Shown here: one piece after another, positions 37,031 to 51,633 of the stretch
Position numbering within the stretch: position 1 is the first letter of the stretch
Layout of the letters: each line of letters opens with the position of its first letter
NCBI RefSeq assembly: GCF_963921235.1
Contig: NC_086097.1
Location: 132,186,001-132,250,000 of the forward strand
Direction: 5' to 3'
Source: Mobula hypostoma
Lineage: Eukaryota
Length of the DNA: 64,000 nt
Position numbers and translations under genes: made by a program
Notes under the pieces: model-generated
The model's database searches: none
What the model saw: the letters and a program-made list of their open reading frames with translations, nothing else
What the model was told of the DNA's origin: nothing

Positions 37031-39674
37031 GAAAGAATCTCTTTAGAAAACATCTGCCTTCAACAATGACTTTGTGGAAAGTTGCTTGTAAAGATATTGC
37101 AAAGTTTATCTGGTGGACTTCCCCAAAATTAAGATCGGTTGCTGCTTATTGACAGTTCCATGACACTCCTGGCAACCAGCAGTGGGTGACTAACCAATTA
37201 CATTAAAAATTTTGATAACCAGAAAAATGTAAAGAAAATTTTATATCTTTACTGTATATAAATGAGGAAAAACAAAGATGCACATACACCCAAGATAAAA
37301 GTAGCGAATGGATCGCTACAATAAATCTTCTTTAAAAATTCCTTTTATTACAAAATCAATTATATTTTAAAATATGAATTTGCTGGAATTATAGTGTACA
37401 TATATATAAATAATAACACACATAGAAGTAATGTGTTTGCTAGGTATATTACTGGTTTGATACTCCATTAAAATTTACATTTATGCAAGAAAGTATACAT
37501 TATTTAGTCACTTTACAAAATAATTTATTGTCACCTGAAATTTCCATTGCTTTCCTCTGATTACAAAATCAAAGTCTAATGGTGAATTTGTGACTTCCAT
37601 ATTAATCTGTTTGGGGAAAGCCTTTCTGAAGTTGGAGGTGGCTTCACAGTACAATGATGGCTTGTGCTTACAACTTTACTTCCATTATATCTGTATAACC
37701 GGAGCCAAATATGAACAGACTTTGTCTGGTTTGATGTGAGTCATTCACTACATTGTGGTATTGAACAATATCAAAACATATTGCCAAAAATAACTTTTGC
37801 GTAGCTTTCATTTAGCAGTCAGGGTATATAAAATTCAATGTTGATATTCCTGTCTGTATTTACTTGGCTTTGACTCAAGTATGGATCTAGTGACACAAGT
37901 GAGGGACAGGAAACACAAGCATTTTGTCATTATATTATTTTTCTTGTGATGGACTGCTATTCTAATACAGAAGGATGGAAGGTTCCTGAGTGAAACATAT
38001 AATTTGGCAAATTTATTCATAAAGTTACAGGCACAGAGGCATGTCTAATGGAAACAAGACTTTCAGCCCACCAAGGCCATGTTGACTTTCAAACACCCAT
38101 TTATACTAATGTTACATGAATCACACTTTTTAAAATTTTTCTCACATTCTTATCAACTCCCATCAGATTCATCTTCTCACCTACAACAGCTTGTTCATCT
38201 ACCAAACTGCACGTCTGTGAGATACGCTAGGAAACCAGAGCACCCAGAGAAAACCCACACATCCTAGGGAGATCTGGCAAATTCTACACTGACAGCATCC
38301 AAGATTAGGATTGAACCCACACCTCTGTTGTCGTGAGGCTGCTGCTCTTCTAGCTGCACCACTCTGCTATCTAAGCCTTGTTCAAAATCAAGTAGTTTTG
38401 AGGTAGCGAACAAGGTGAAGCTGTGCATTTTCTTTTAAGTTATTCATTAGATTTGGATGCCAGTTATTTTGTTGTCTGTGTCCAAGCACTCTGAACAGAA
38501 GATGTACTTAAAGGTCAAACCAATCATTGGGTTTGGAGTTACGTATAGCTCCTATCAAGTGAGGTGTATTTCCTTCTTGAAGACCATTATATGGGATCTT
38601 AATCAATGTGGTGTTTTTTATGGTTAGACAGATTAGCATTTCTAAACATCCAGAGTTATTTTAAAGCTCTATTTTTATGTGCAGTGCTGGGATTTGAATT
38701 CACACCTCTGGATCAATGATTCAGAACGCCATCTGCAGGCTTGGTAACTTCAGGTTACCAGGAGAAAGCAGTATGTCCAGAGGATATATTTCAGGTCATT
38801 AGTGAAAAATAGAAAGAGTCATCATGACATGACTTCTAATAATCCAGAGTACTATGAAAGGGTGAAAGAAACAGATACAACAATAAGTTTCAGAAGGTAA
38901 ACGCAGGAAGAGAAAAAGGACAATGGACAGGAATGGGAAGAGAACAGCAAAATGGATACCCATTCGATGAACTAGTGTAAAAAGAATGAACCGAGTGGCA
39001 TCCCTTTATGCTATACCAGTTTATAATTCTATACTCTCATTCTGGGGTGATCAGGAAATGTGGACCAGGGGCAAAACTCAAGGACAGTTCGTACATGGTT
39101 GTAACTAGTGAGGGGAAGCAACAGAAAATCACAATCAAAAATAGAATTAGGAAACAGATCAATTCTCATTTAGAACTTATCCATAATCTAATCTTGCTGG
39201 AGCCATTTTGTGATCAGCTTCTCAGTAATAAACCTGTCGACTTGCCATCAAAACCAATGCTTCCATGGGTAAAAGGGTGCAATATTAAATCAGAGTGAAG
39301 GGACTGTACATTGCCATGTGAAAGGTAACAATCATTCTGCCATTTATGGTTAAAGTTAGACGCAGGAATTTGAATGTAAACCACTGATTGGCAGCAGAGT
39401 GATATGAGCTTCTTACTAGTGCCCCCATATGGAGTGAAATTTGTCACCAGCACCTCAGTGTTGGGTAATTTTATACTGAAATTTTAACTGGTGATGAGAA
39501 TGTTGTGCACTTTCTCGACATAATCTCAAAATTGTTTCTTAAAGGTATTCTGCTTTTCACTCTGATAAAATCTCAGCACTATAATGTTGTATTAAAATTA
39601 AAATAAGGTCAATGTCGGGAGGAACAGATGACAATACGTTATGTTATTCATCCAATGCTTCACATCTGGTTGAG

Positions 39675-39812
39675 TGGGTGTGACTGTTTAAGGTATGCTG
39701 TCTGTGTCTGAATATCTGTTTGCATGAATGTGTGTGTATAAAACTGTGTGTATGTATGGGTGAATGTATGGCTGTTTGAATGTGTGCTTGTATGTATACA
39801 TGTCTGTATATC
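39675..39812 (+). repeat. Degenerate (TG)-rich low-complexity tract
   Basis: Direct reading. Confidence 0.75.
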
Positions 39813-39814
39813 TC

Positions 39815-40720
39815 CTTAATTTGTTAAGCATTGCCTTCCTTGTTTAACAAATAGCAAAGGGTTAGTTAAAGTGTTTGCTAGGCAGGGGAAAAGCTTTACC
39901 CGGCAGCTTAAAAGCAATTACTGAATGCTGTCTCTCCATCATCGATGGCTCCACTCAACTCATCCCTAACGATCTGCTCTCCCTAGCCTAACTTTTCCAG
40001 TGGCTGCATTAATGAACCCAATAAATAAAGCATTGTACCGCCCATCCATTACACACATTAATTTTAGAACAAAACATTAATCAATTCAAATTTATGTTCT
40101 AATGCAGACACAATCAATTTCAGCTTCTTATGACAATTAACAAAGCCTCAGCTACAACTCTAAAACACACTGACCCATCAATTATAGTTTGCATCAAACT
40201 CAACACTAATGGCACCTCCCCATCCTTAAGCCGTCTGTATCCCACCTGCTTGGTCAAGTTAGACTCAGTCGATCAATTAATATAAATTATACATGCGAGG
40301 AATGAGGGGTTAATATCATAAGTTCATTTAATTAATTGCATTTGATTAAATGAGGTACTTTCATTAGCCTACTTAGCCATGAACCATATATACATCATCG
40401 TAATCCTCTTACAAGCTCAGTCACTGAGACAGAGGGTCGAGTTTGGGAGCATATTCATATTACTAGCCTCAACCATGCAACCCTCCTCATATAATTAACA
40501 ATTAAACAAGCTGCACTCATTTAAGCTGAAACAAAAACTGTACACATCAACCTCTCTGCTGCTGTTTAATTTGAAGATGTCGTGGCTGTAGCAAAGGTGA
40601 AGAGACAATGGTAATTAAAAATTTAAAGGGACGAGTGGAAATTTGCTTCTGAAAGCAGTAAAGTCAGTAATGCAGGAATCTGACCACTTTGGAAATGCCT
40701 ACAATTAGACTGCTGTATTG
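39815..40720. promoter_or_regulatory. Candidate conserved non-coding element / enhancer
   Basis: Repeat-free, no ORF, dense TAAT/ATTA, TAATTA and forkhead-like motifs. Conservation not tested. Confidence 0.4.
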
Positions 40721-41590
40721 GGTTTAGAGCTTTGTACTTTTATGTATTCTTTTCTTTAATTCCTCGACAATATAGATGACATATCCACTATAAGATCAGA
40801 ATGCAAGTACAATTTTGTGTTTGTGAGCAAACTGCTCTTTTATCTGTCTGGGATTTTTTTCACTCTCTCTCTCTCCCTTTCTCTCTCCCTTGAATTGATC
40901 TGGTTTTGCTGTTGTAACGCAAGCAGTTTTCTCCGAGAAAGCTTATGTATTGCTAAGTCAGCAATTCGAATGAAGCTCACTTTCAAATATAGCTATTAAC
41001 CCCCATTTTTCAAAAGAAGGGGCGGAAATGCCAGGATAAAAAATAATTACTGAGTAAAATATTACAAATGCTAGAAACTGAAAACTAAATAATGGCACAC
41101 ACACTGCAATTAAAATGAATAACATCTTTGTGCATCCAAAACTATAGATTGAATTAATAGATGAACCACACTGAAAACTTCTGAATCTTTCCAAAATAAT
41201 CTGATTGCAAGGAGAGTTTGAAGGACCGAATACAGATCCATCAAAACTAATAAAGACAAATACCCTCAGTTAAGGTCTCCTCTGAGTGCAGGATGGTCAG
41301 TGCATGCTCATTGGGATGAAGGACCTGCTTCTGTGCTTTATGTTTCTACTTATCAGTTCATTTTTACTGAATATGTGAGCTGCATCCATTTTTCTGTTAT
41401 GGCTCTGCACTGTGTCATTTTGGTTCTATCACCTAACCTCTGCAAAAACTTTTCCTTTTTTTGCGCCATTAAACACGTTAATGGTAACATTCAGATAGCA
41501 TGACTGCGTTGTACTTTAGGGAATTGCTACATCATCCAAGATCTAAGTTCTAGTTTTTAAGTTTTTATCTTTCTAAGAATTTTGAAGATG

Positions 41591-41908
41591 AAACATAGAA
41601 ACATAGAAAATAGGTGCAGGAGTAGGCCATTCGGCCCTTCGAGCCTGCACCGCCATTTATTATGATCATGGCTGATCATCCAACTCAGAACCCCGCCCCA
41701 GCCTTCCCTCCATACCCCCTGACCCCTGTAGCCACAAGGGCCATATCTAACTCCCTCTTAAACATAGCCAATGAACTGGCCTCAACAGTTTCCTGTGGCA
41801 GAGAATTCCACAGATTCACCACTCTCTGTGTGAAGAAGTTTTTCCTAATCTCGGTCCTAAAAGGCTTCCCCTCTATCCTCAAATTGTGACCCCTCGTTCT
41901 GGACTTCC
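41591..41908 (-). mobile_element. Young CR1 3' end
   Basis: RIEGKPFRTEIRKNFFTQRVVNLWNSLP intact; CpGs retained; (AGAAACAT)n tail. Confidence 0.9.
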
Positions 41909-42804
41909 ATTTCTGTAGTGCCTTTCATGAACTCATGATGCCCCAAAGCGCTTTAGTCAATGAAGCACTCGCGGACTAGCAGAGGGGTAAAGTTGCTGGA
42001 GGTATCGACCAGTTGTCATGACCACATCAGCAAAGGACTTCAAATTCAGATAATCATATAAAATCTTGAATTTTGAGAGTGTTGGCATTAGCTATGGTAA
42101 CCGTGAAACCATAAGGTTGTTGCAAAAAAAAAATCAGGCCTATTAATGTTTTATCTACTGCAGGTACAGTAATTTGCTGTCCCTGTCGAGTCTATCTTGT
42201 ACCTAACTTTGACCCTGTAATATCCTCAAAGACACAATAGAATATTCACTTCATAGTGTAATTAATAGCAACAGAGTTTAAATGTGGATATCACCAGTAA
42301 GGCCCACATTCCATGAGTGAATGGATTAAGCAAAACCTGTAGTCAGGTTTAATTTTGCAGGAGAAACACGGTAGCCTATGAATGCATAGCAGGATCCCAT
42401 AATTGACCTAGACCTGTTATTAATGGTGCTCGTTATGGGATTAATATCAGCCCAGTTCATCACAGAGAACTCCCATGTCCACCTTTGGTACTTGACATCC
42501 ACCAAGTAGAGGAGAGAGGTGTGCTGTTTCATCTGAAAGTAGTCAGTTCAACAACTACAATAGGATAATTTCACTGTTTAAAAAACTCATCCCAAATACT
42601 TGTCCTTTTCTTAAAAACACACAACTAGCATGAAAGTATGCCATAGCACTATGACTTGATTATCTACTCAAGCTTGGTTTCAGAAAATTTTATTTAGCAC
42701 ACTCTCCTCTAAAGTACCTGTTGCTCCACTGTAGAGAAGAAGTGTTGTGAAAAATAATTTAATCTGTTTGAGAACAACAATGCATCACATTCTGTAATAT
42801 TGCC

Positions 42805-43196
42805 AACTCATTCGTAAGGCCAGTGATGTTGTGGGGATGGAACTAGACCTTCTGACAGTGGTGTCTGAAAAGAGGATGCTGTCCAAGTTGCATGCCATCT
42901 TGGACAATGTCTCCCTGGTTGGGCACAGGAGTACATTCAGCCAGAGACTCATTCCACTGAGATGAAACACTGAGCGCCATAGGAAGTCATTCCTGCCTGT
43001 AGCCATCAAACTTTACAACTCCTCCCTTGGAGGGTCAGACACCCTGAGCCAATAGACTGGTCCTGGACTTATTTCCTGGCATAATTTACATATTACTATT
43101 TAATTATTTATGATTTTATTACTATTTAATTATTTATGGTGCAACTGTAATGAAAACCAATTTCCCTCGGGATCAATAAAGTATGACTATGACTAT
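42805..43196 (+). mobile_element. Rex1/Babar-like LINE 3' end
   Basis: KLIRKASDVVG-like and TERHRKSFLPVAIKLYN peptides; AATAAA followed by (ACTATG)n tail. Confidence 0.8.
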
Positions 43197-46100
43197 AAAT
43201 ATCAACAGGTGAATGTTTAATGGTAAAAACTCCTTCGTAAACAATTTCCTTTGCCTACTAATGAATCCATCTGTTTTGATGTTTTTGTCTTTGTTGTAGG
43301 ACAGCCCTTTCCTTGATATTGAATTGCTGTCAATCTGCTCTAAAATTGTCACCCTTGATTGGATCAGGAGGTATAGGTTATGTACAATTTCAGATACTTC
43401 AGCTCAAAAGCTCGTTGATGTACAGTGTCATACTGAGGGGAGTTCTGCAGTGGGAGAGATTCTGTCACTTGGATAAGGTGTTAGACCTCCCTGACTGCAG
43501 TACTCTTCATCCATAGATTAGGTTTTAGATAAAATTCTTCTATCCATGTGGTAACTTAATTCAAATCTGTGTTGTCAACTTCTATGTTTCAATTTAAACA
43601 TACTTAACCTTGCGTTTGATCCATCTTAACCTCATGCAATCTCCTGAGATCTATACACTCCTCCAAGACTGGAGTTTGGCACACCTACAGTCTTAATCAG
43701 TACACCACTGATGGTCAAAGATTCTCAGCATCTGGGCCATGACATTTCCAAAAGCTGCCATCAGGTAGAAAGTACAGAAGCCTGAAGTTCCTCACTACCA
43801 CGTCCAAGGAGTCCTTCCCTGGATTTGGAGGACTGTCCGTATGTGTGGGCGGGCGGGAGGGAGCAAACATTTTTTTTGTTGTTGTTGTTTTGTTCTATTT
43901 TGTTCTGATGAGCATTGTGGGAATGCTATGTTGGTACTGCAATGTGTGGTGACACTTGGGGCTACTCCCAGCACATCCCACTGGTTGTTAACGTAAATGA
44001 TGTATTTCACTGTATGTTTCCATGTATATCTGATAAAAAATAATCTGAATGTGAAGAACATTTACTTTCCTGAACCAACATGCAGAGCCTTAATCACTTC
44101 CTCAGTATAGAAACACTATGACCAATTTCACTTCTTTGCTTTACAATGGACTTCATTTTTTTGGTTTTAGTTCTGTTCCTTCTTGATTAATTTTGCCTCA
44201 TTCATGTTTAGCTCATACTTCTCTTGAGAGGGCTGTAATCTGGTGCTCCATGTCTGTGATGCTGCTGCAACTATGATTTTCATGGCACCTGTGCATACTT
44301 GTATTTGTATGCCTAACAATAAACTTGACTTTGACTTTGGAAATTCTATCTGTATCATCACCCTCAGCTACTTCCTCTCCTTTAAAATAATTTGATTTCT
44401 TGTCCTATTGTTGCAGATCAAGCTCACAGCCACCCAAAAATGATTATCTAGTTGCAATGTGTGTGCGTTGGTGCATGGCAGAGTTCTCCACACTAGTGTG
44501 TGGCAGCATGGAAGCAGGGACTTTGCTGGAGTTTAGATGGGTCAAACACATCTCCTTTCTCAGCCCTTGAGCTTTCTTCTGGGCTGAACGTCCGAGGACA
44601 TTTTGCAACTGTGTCTTAAAGCTTTCCACCCACTATAAGTTGTGCACTTCACTGTTTTGAATGGACATCGCCAACCTTCTTCAAGATAGTGGTGAAGCTA
44701 AGTAGTCTGTTTAACTCTACACTATTTCAATTAATATTAATGTAATTGCTTAACTATCAGTTAAATTTGCTTTGTGAATTTAGAGTAACAGAATCAAAGA
44801 TTGTTACAGCACAGCAACAGGCCTTTGGGCCAACTCATCCTTGCCAACCTAAACTAGTCCCATATCCTTCTAAATCATTCCTATCCATGTACCTATCCAA
44901 GTGTCATTTAAATGTTGCTATTGTACCTGCTTCACTCACTTCCTCTGGTAACTCATTCCATGCATGTATCACCTTTTGCACCCACCTTAAATTATGCCCT
45001 CTAGTTTTTGATTCTCTTTACCTGGGAAAAATGCTGCGTGCATTCACCCTTTTATGCCCCTCATGACTTATACACCTGTATAAGGTCATCCCTCAGTAAT
45101 GACCAGCGCCTTAACTCCAAGTATAAGGTGCTGGCCTGTCCGACCTCTCTGGCTCTTGAGTGCTGGCATTTATTTTTCCTCAACAGTTTTTTTGCTTATT
45201 TAAATTCATTCAAAAATGACTCTAAATATTTCTCAAATTTCAGACGTATTGGGAATCAGTGAAAAAGCTCCACTGGCTGTCAGAAGGTCAACAGAGACGT
45301 ACAGCCTAGTCATTACTCATGCCCTGGTCTTCCTCACAGAAAGAACACAAAACATACACTTGTCGACAAAACACTCATTCATCAACATAAATTATATTGT
45401 CCCATTGGACAGAAGATAGAAAAGCCCAAGAGCAAGAAACACCAGAATCACAGAAAGCTTTTATCTGCTTGTGATCAGACTCTTGAACAAATCTCTCATA
45501 CACTAAAAGATGAAATCTTTTCCTCTTGATCTCCCAGTCTGGCTTCCACTTTATTTGCCTACATACACTGCTCTTTCTCTGCAGCTGCAGCACTGTGTTC
45601 TGTACAGTATTCAGCTTTCTTTAATTGCCTCAGTGTAATTATATGTGGCAGATCTGTCCAGATGGCATACAAACCAAAGGCCTTCCACTGCACTTTGGTA
45701 CATGTGACAATAACGAACCAGTACTTTACCAACAATGAAAAAGTCCCTTCCAAATGCATTCAATTGGGTAATCAAGCTCTCATGGACATAAATACACAAA
45801 TTGCTAGAAAAACTCAACTGGTCATGCAGCATTTGTGAAAAAAGAAACAATTAATTATGGGTCCTACTGGCTGCTGAGCTTTTCAGGTTCTTCAAATGGG
45901 TGCACTACAGGTGTTGTCAAAACACAAACAAAACAGAAGAAGCAACTGATAGTTTTGAGGAAAAACCCTTGACTTCAAATACCAACCATCTCCCTCTCTA
46001 TAAAAGTAGCCTGACATGTAGAGTTTCCCAACACCTTCTGCTTTTACTTATGATCTCCACTTTGTTCCTCTTGAATTTCATTTAAACCGTCTGAATTAGT

Positions 46101-46765
46101 CAAAGCACATCCAAAGACAAGCTCTCCGAGCACATGTTACATTCATTTAGCTGTTCACTGGGGTCTATGTGTTTATTTAATTAATCCATGTTGATGAAAC
46201 AGATCAGAAGGAAGCCTACTCCACTTTTTTACTCTGTGCATTTAACCCTCTAGATTCAGGTAAATGCAATACAAGATCAGTTTGACCCAAAATTAATAGT
46301 GCAAAAATCTTAAAGGACTATGTACCAGTGTACTAGTCTAAATGTTCCTGATAAACCTATGCTCTTGGTCCTTACTAACAGAAGCAGATCTTGCAAAATG
46401 ATTATACTGACACTGGAGGCAGCCCTGAAGAAAGTCATTAGGCTAATTCTTGGAGGATGAGAGAGTTGTTCTGCTAAAAGCAGGAAGAAATTAAAGTTGT
46501 ATGCTTTGGAGTTCAGAAGAATGAGGAAATTTTATAGAAACATGTAAGATCCTGACAGGAGAATGCTGGGATAGATGTCAAGACTTTTTCCATTAGTGGG
46601 AGATTCTCGAAGAGGGGATGTAGTTGCAAGATTAGGAGGCAGTAGTCATTTAAAACTGACGTGCTTAGAACTTTTTCTTGCAGACTGTGGTGATTGTCTG
46701 GAACACAGGATCGTTGAAGCTAAATCAATATGGGAAATAAAGAGAATGTAGATATATTTTTGAAA

Positions 46766-47182
46766 CTTACTTACTTACTGCCCATATGCCACTGGTGTTT
46801 AGGGCAGCAATGAAAGTCCTCCATCTCTGGTGGTGCTCAGGGCTTCCTTCATCATGTCAGTAGCTTCCTCTCTACTGCCAGTCATGCAGGTCCTGGATAG
46901 AGACTCAGAAATACCATTGCACTCAGATGTAGAAGGATTCTTCATTGATGTTTCCATAACAATTTTGTTTTACCATTCAGGGTTGTTAGTCCTGAGCTGA
47001 ACCCCCAAACCTTGAGGACCAGTAGACCCCTCTTAGTCTGGCCTCTACCCTTTGACCTGTTTGGCATGGGTGACCCTACCAAGTGCCAAAGCATAAGGCC
47101 CTGACTCCAGCCAGTGTAGCTTTCTGGTTCATTTGGGCACACAAGCCTCCAAACCATGACAAGGTTGTGGTCCTCTTGGAGG
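46766..47182 (-). mobile_element. Internally deleted RTE (Expander/BovB-like 5' UTR joined to 3' end), nested in an old CR1
   Basis: Minus strand begins ...GGACCACAACCTTGTCATGGTTTGGAGGCTTGTGTGCC, typical of RTE 5' UTRs; (AGTA)n tail; TSD ATATTTTTGAAA (46754-65) / ATATTTCTGAAA (47183-94). Confidence 0.75.
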
Positions 47183-47766
47183 ATATTTCTGAAAGTGCAA
47201 GGAACGGAGGGCTATGGGGAAATAGCACTGAAGTGGGAATGAAACTTGGGGAGGATCAGCTGCGATCATATTGAACAGAGGGGAAAACTTATGGGGGTGG
47301 GAGGGCAAGTGGCCTACTCCTGTGTCCTTATCTGATTGTATATGGTGTTTCAGGAAATGAGGCTGGTGCTCTTTTAGTGCAACGATGTTCTTTACCCTAC
47401 ACAACAGCATCTTGCATTTGTGTGAAACCTGTAATGCAGAGAAAGAGCGAAGATCACTTGCTAAAAGCATTACCATATAAACTTAGGACCATTTAGGTTC
47501 TAATGCAGGGGTTTGATCTAAAGTGTGGACAATTTCCTTACCACCCCCAACCCACAAATGGTGCTTGAACAGCTGAGTTCCACCATCAGAAAATTTTACT
47601 CCTAAGGTTTTATGCATGGAATTCAGCAGACCTGCTTCAGGCTTTGTCATCTATTCAAAGACATTGGCTATCCAACCATTCTTTGAAGAAGTACTTAAAG
47701 TCTGGATCAGTCCCAACTTGTGAAAAGGTGTTAATAATAAAGTACAGACTGAGGCTGTTAATGGCA

Positions 47767-48032
47767 TGGGCACCACAGTAGCCAGAGGTTAGCGCGACGT
47801 TATTACGGCTCGGCGTGTCGAAGTTCATGGTTCAATTCCAACCTCATCAGTAAAGAGTCTGTACATCCTTATTGTTCTCTGGGTGATTTCTCCCACTGTC
47901 CAAAGACGTACCAGTTAGTAGGTTAATCGGTTATTGCAAATTGTCTCATAATTTGGCTGGTGTTAAATTGGGGGTTTGCTGGGTGGTGCAGCTCGAAAGG
48001 CTGGAAGGTTCTGTATCCCAGTAAGTAAATAA
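47767..48032 (+). mobile_element. tRNA-derived SINE
   Basis: Box A-like TAGCCAGAGG, box B GGTTCAATTCC, core CTCCCACTGTCCAAAGAC, (TAAA)n tail. Confidence 0.7.
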
Positions 48033-48489
48033 ACATCATGATAGGTTAATAAGTTAATCCTGCCATCACAGGCAACCTCCTGCGAATACCATGCAAAGGT
48101 GTAAGAAATTGTTTCTGAATTTACAAGACAGTTAAAACATGTGATGTATAACCAGTCCAACTTTGTTCATACCGACAGTGATTAGAATGGCAATGGTGCA
48201 TTTCAACTTTTCCCAACACTGTAATTTGAACTTTCGTCTCATTCACAATAATCAATCAAATTAACAGAATTTCCCCTACATATGTGTGTCAAAGCAGAAC
48301 TATTATGCTCCCTGTAAATTGGCCTTATAACGGTGAGTTACTGCTTGTGGTTTAGTGCTCACGGGAGCTGTGTCCGCTTTGGCTCATTTAACAGCACTCT
48401 CTAAACCTGGAGAGTGGGTTTAGGCCACTAAAACAAGTTGAGCGCTAAACTGGCTGCTGTTCCAGTGCAGTACTGAAAGCAGTTGTTTC

Positions 48490-49030
48490 AAGTCAAATCA
48501 AATTAATTATCACGTGCACAACTATGCAGTGCTACAGGTACAATATAAAAAAATGCTTGCTGCAGTGCCACAGGCTTGTAGGCTCAGATAAAATCATATA
48601 AGAAGGTGGAGAACAAAGACAGTGCAAAACAGGGTGGTATTGGGAAAAAAAGTGCTCGTTCAGATACGAGTCTATGGTGATGCAAGTGGTGGTTCTTAGC
48701 GTTCTATTGCTGAAGTGAGGTTAGGGTTGTGCAGGTCAGTTCAAGAACTTAATAGTTGTAGGAAGGTAACTGTTCCTGAAACTGTGGAACTTCAGGATTC
48801 TGCACTTGCTGCCCAACTGTAGCAGTGAAAAGAGGACCAGACCTGCGTGATGGGGATTCTTGATGGCAGCAGTCATCTTCTTGAGGTAGCACCCCATGTG
48901 GATACCGTCAATGGTGGGCAGGGTTATGCAGGTGATGCACCAGGCTGAGACCACAATCCTCTGCTGGCTGCTGCATTCCTGTGTGTTGGAATTGCAACCA
49001 GTCAGGAAACTTCCCATGTTTTTTTGTAAT
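48490..49030 (-). mobile_element. Rex1-like LINE 3' relic
   Basis: LPTIDGIH...AIKNPHHAGLVLFSLL..G...FRNSYLPTTIKFLN. Confidence 0.75.
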
Positions 49031-49228
49031 TCCTTATGACATAGGAACAGGCTAATTGATCTGTCAAATCTATCTCAGCAACCACAGTGCTCCCATTAAT
49101 CCTATTCCACTCTTCCGACCAATAAATTTGCCAGCAATCTGTTCTCTCTCACACGTCCATCAACTCTCTGCTGATTTCCCCACCACTCACCTACTGTAGG
49201 AGTGGTTTACAGTCATCAACTAGTTTGC

Positions 49229-49620
49229 CTTTGGGTGGTGGGGTGGAGATACATCTCTACCAAAGGAGATGCAATGTGCTCCTTCTCTCCACTGGTGTGC
49301 AGGTTACTCTGGGGCAAGGTGTATCACCTGCTGAGCACCACCACCCCCACCCGATCATGGTCACATAAAGCCGTGGGGGCAGGTGGCGGATGGTCGTATG
49401 AGCAGCTGGTGCATACCATAAGTCCTGGTTATGTGATCACTGAAACCAGGCAGACAATCTCTGAAGACTATTAATAAAGACTGGGATCACCTGTCTTGTA
49501 AAGGCACTGCCCAGAAGAAGGCAATGGCAAACTACTCCTGTAGGTAAAATTGCCAAATACAGTTATGGTCAAGATCATGAATGTCCACTTCCTATGACTC
49601 AGCAGATAATGAATGAATGA
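49229..49620 (+). mobile_element. RTE-related non-autonomous element, copy 2, nested in a minus-strand SINE
   Basis: CCCAGAAGAAGGCAATGGCAAAC motif, (GAAT)n tail, colinear with the reverse complement of 29342-29731. Confidence 0.8.
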
Positions 49621-50559
49621 GTTAATTTCCAAACCAGCACGTATTTGGGATGTGGAGGAATCCACATCACCTGGGGAACCTGACAGAGAAACATGGAGAA
49701 CGTGCGAACTCCATACAAGCAGTGCCAGAGGACAGTTTTGAACTCATGTCATAAATCAAAGGAAATCTGAAATAAAGAAAAGAGTAAATGTTTCACCAGA
49801 GCATCAAATCAGGGTCATTGGGGCTGTGAAGCAGCAGCAATAACTTCCACACCACTTTCCCATCCAAATGAAGCAATAAAGGCAGGTCTGCTCTCCAATC
49901 ACCATTTTCTGTTAATGTTTCTCTGGCACAATGTTTTAGGAATCAGAGTCCTTACTAATGTTTAATCCTCCAAAACTTATCTGCCTACAAAGGTCAGCAT
50001 GCTAAAAGCATAGCATAGAGGTAATACATTGTATTCTACTTCTGTAATCAGTCTATCAAGTTCAGTTCAAGTTTGTGGTCATTCAGTCATATACAAACAT
50101 ATATACCGCAAACAAAACAATGTTCCTCCGGACCAGGAACATAACACAGTACACATAACATATAGGTCACACGCAACACAAAGATAATATTACCATAAAT
50201 AAATTAACAAATCATAAGGTGCATTTACAACACCTTATGCTACTGATTCTTCATGCATGTTGAGATCTGGGTGGTGGCAGGGAGTTCAATAGTCTCACGG
50301 CCTGGAGGAGAAAGCTGTTTCCCATTCCCATCAGTCAGCAACATAACAAAATAAATTTGGGAGACAAAGCCACGCTCTGCTGCTAATCTTTGGTGTTACT
50401 GACCATAGATAAGCTTTAAGAGCAGAATTTGTTCATTGCTGCACAGAGCTTTTGCAGAGCTCAGAATGGACACACATTCGTTTCATTTTAATAGGCACTT
50501 CAGTTCACAAGCAAGTTCCCTGAGCCTCCTGTAACCTGCTATATTAACTCAAAACCCCA

Positions 50560-50720
50560 CCTCTAGTCTGACCTCTCTGTCTGTGATCTCCTGAACTGTT
50601 GCATCAAGGCCTTATATTGTCTGAAGGAGCAACACCTAACTCTTTGCCTGGGCTTATTGCAATGTATAGGACTCAATAGTGAATTCATTAACTTCAGACA
50701 ATTTCTCTTTCTGTTTGTAT
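50560..50720 (+). mobile_element. Penelope-like GIY-YIG C-terminal relic
   Basis: LKEQHLTLCLGLLQCIGLNSEFINF, homologous to 10434-10560. Confidence 0.6.
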
Positions 50721-51633
50721 CTGGATGGGTCATTTGTCCTTTTCCTTCCTCTGTTCTTTCCATTTGTATGTTTTGTCCTGCTGGGTAAGTGCCAGTAGAA
50801 CAGACTATACAACGTCACACAGACTTAGACTCATACAGCACAGAAGCTGTCCCTTAGAGCCAACTGATTCACGTCAACCAAGATTCACTTTAAGCTAATA
50901 CCATTTGCTCATGTTTGGCCCATATCTCTCTATATCTTTTCTATCCATGTAGTTTTAAATGTTGCTAATGTACCTGCCTCAAATATTTCTCCTGGCAGTT
51001 TGCTCCACATACATACCATACACCATATTCTGGATGAAAAAGTTGCCCTCATAGGTTTCTATTAAAACTTTCCCCTCTCACCCTAAATCTATGTCCTCTT
51101 GTTCTATTTCCCCAATCCTGAGAAAAAATATTGTGCTCTTTCAGTGACATGATTTTGTACGTGATTTAAGGTAATTGCTAATTCTCCTATGCAACAATGA
51201 ATAAAATCCCAACCCTGTTCATCCTCTCTCCCTAACTCAGTCTCTTTAACAGCATCTTTCATATAGCGAAGACTGAATCTGAACACAACATTCCAAACGA
51301 GGTCTTAACAATGTCTTCACAACATTAACAATACATTACACAGACAAAGGAGCTTAACTATCCCTTCGATCGTTACATTATTGCATCCTATCACAGACAT
51401 TCCCTTTATTGCAAACGATCGTTTCTCTATTTCTCAATCCTCATGAAGAGTCTTTGAATTGAAATGCTGTCTAGTTTCCTTCTACACAGGTGCTGTTTGA
51501 CAAGCTGAGCTCTTCCAGCACATCTATTTTTGTAACCTGCTGTGTAAGTGACAGACTGTTTCTCAAAATTCAGATTCCAAAGTAAATTTTTAAAGGTCTA
51601 AGTAAATTTATTACCAAGATACTCATATGTCAC

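Noticed and set aside
46960..47182. HDV-like fold in the RTE 5' UTR (GAGGACC/GGTCCTC pairing)
   Set aside because: No P3/L3 with the TCC motif ahead of the P1 3' strand.
49229..49345. HDV-like fold at the head of the RTE-related element (GGGCAA-P4-TGC)
   Set aside because: J4/2 lacks the C-N-A-A pattern, L3 lacks the G25 equivalent and competing hairpins explain the same bases; not supportable from two degraded copies.
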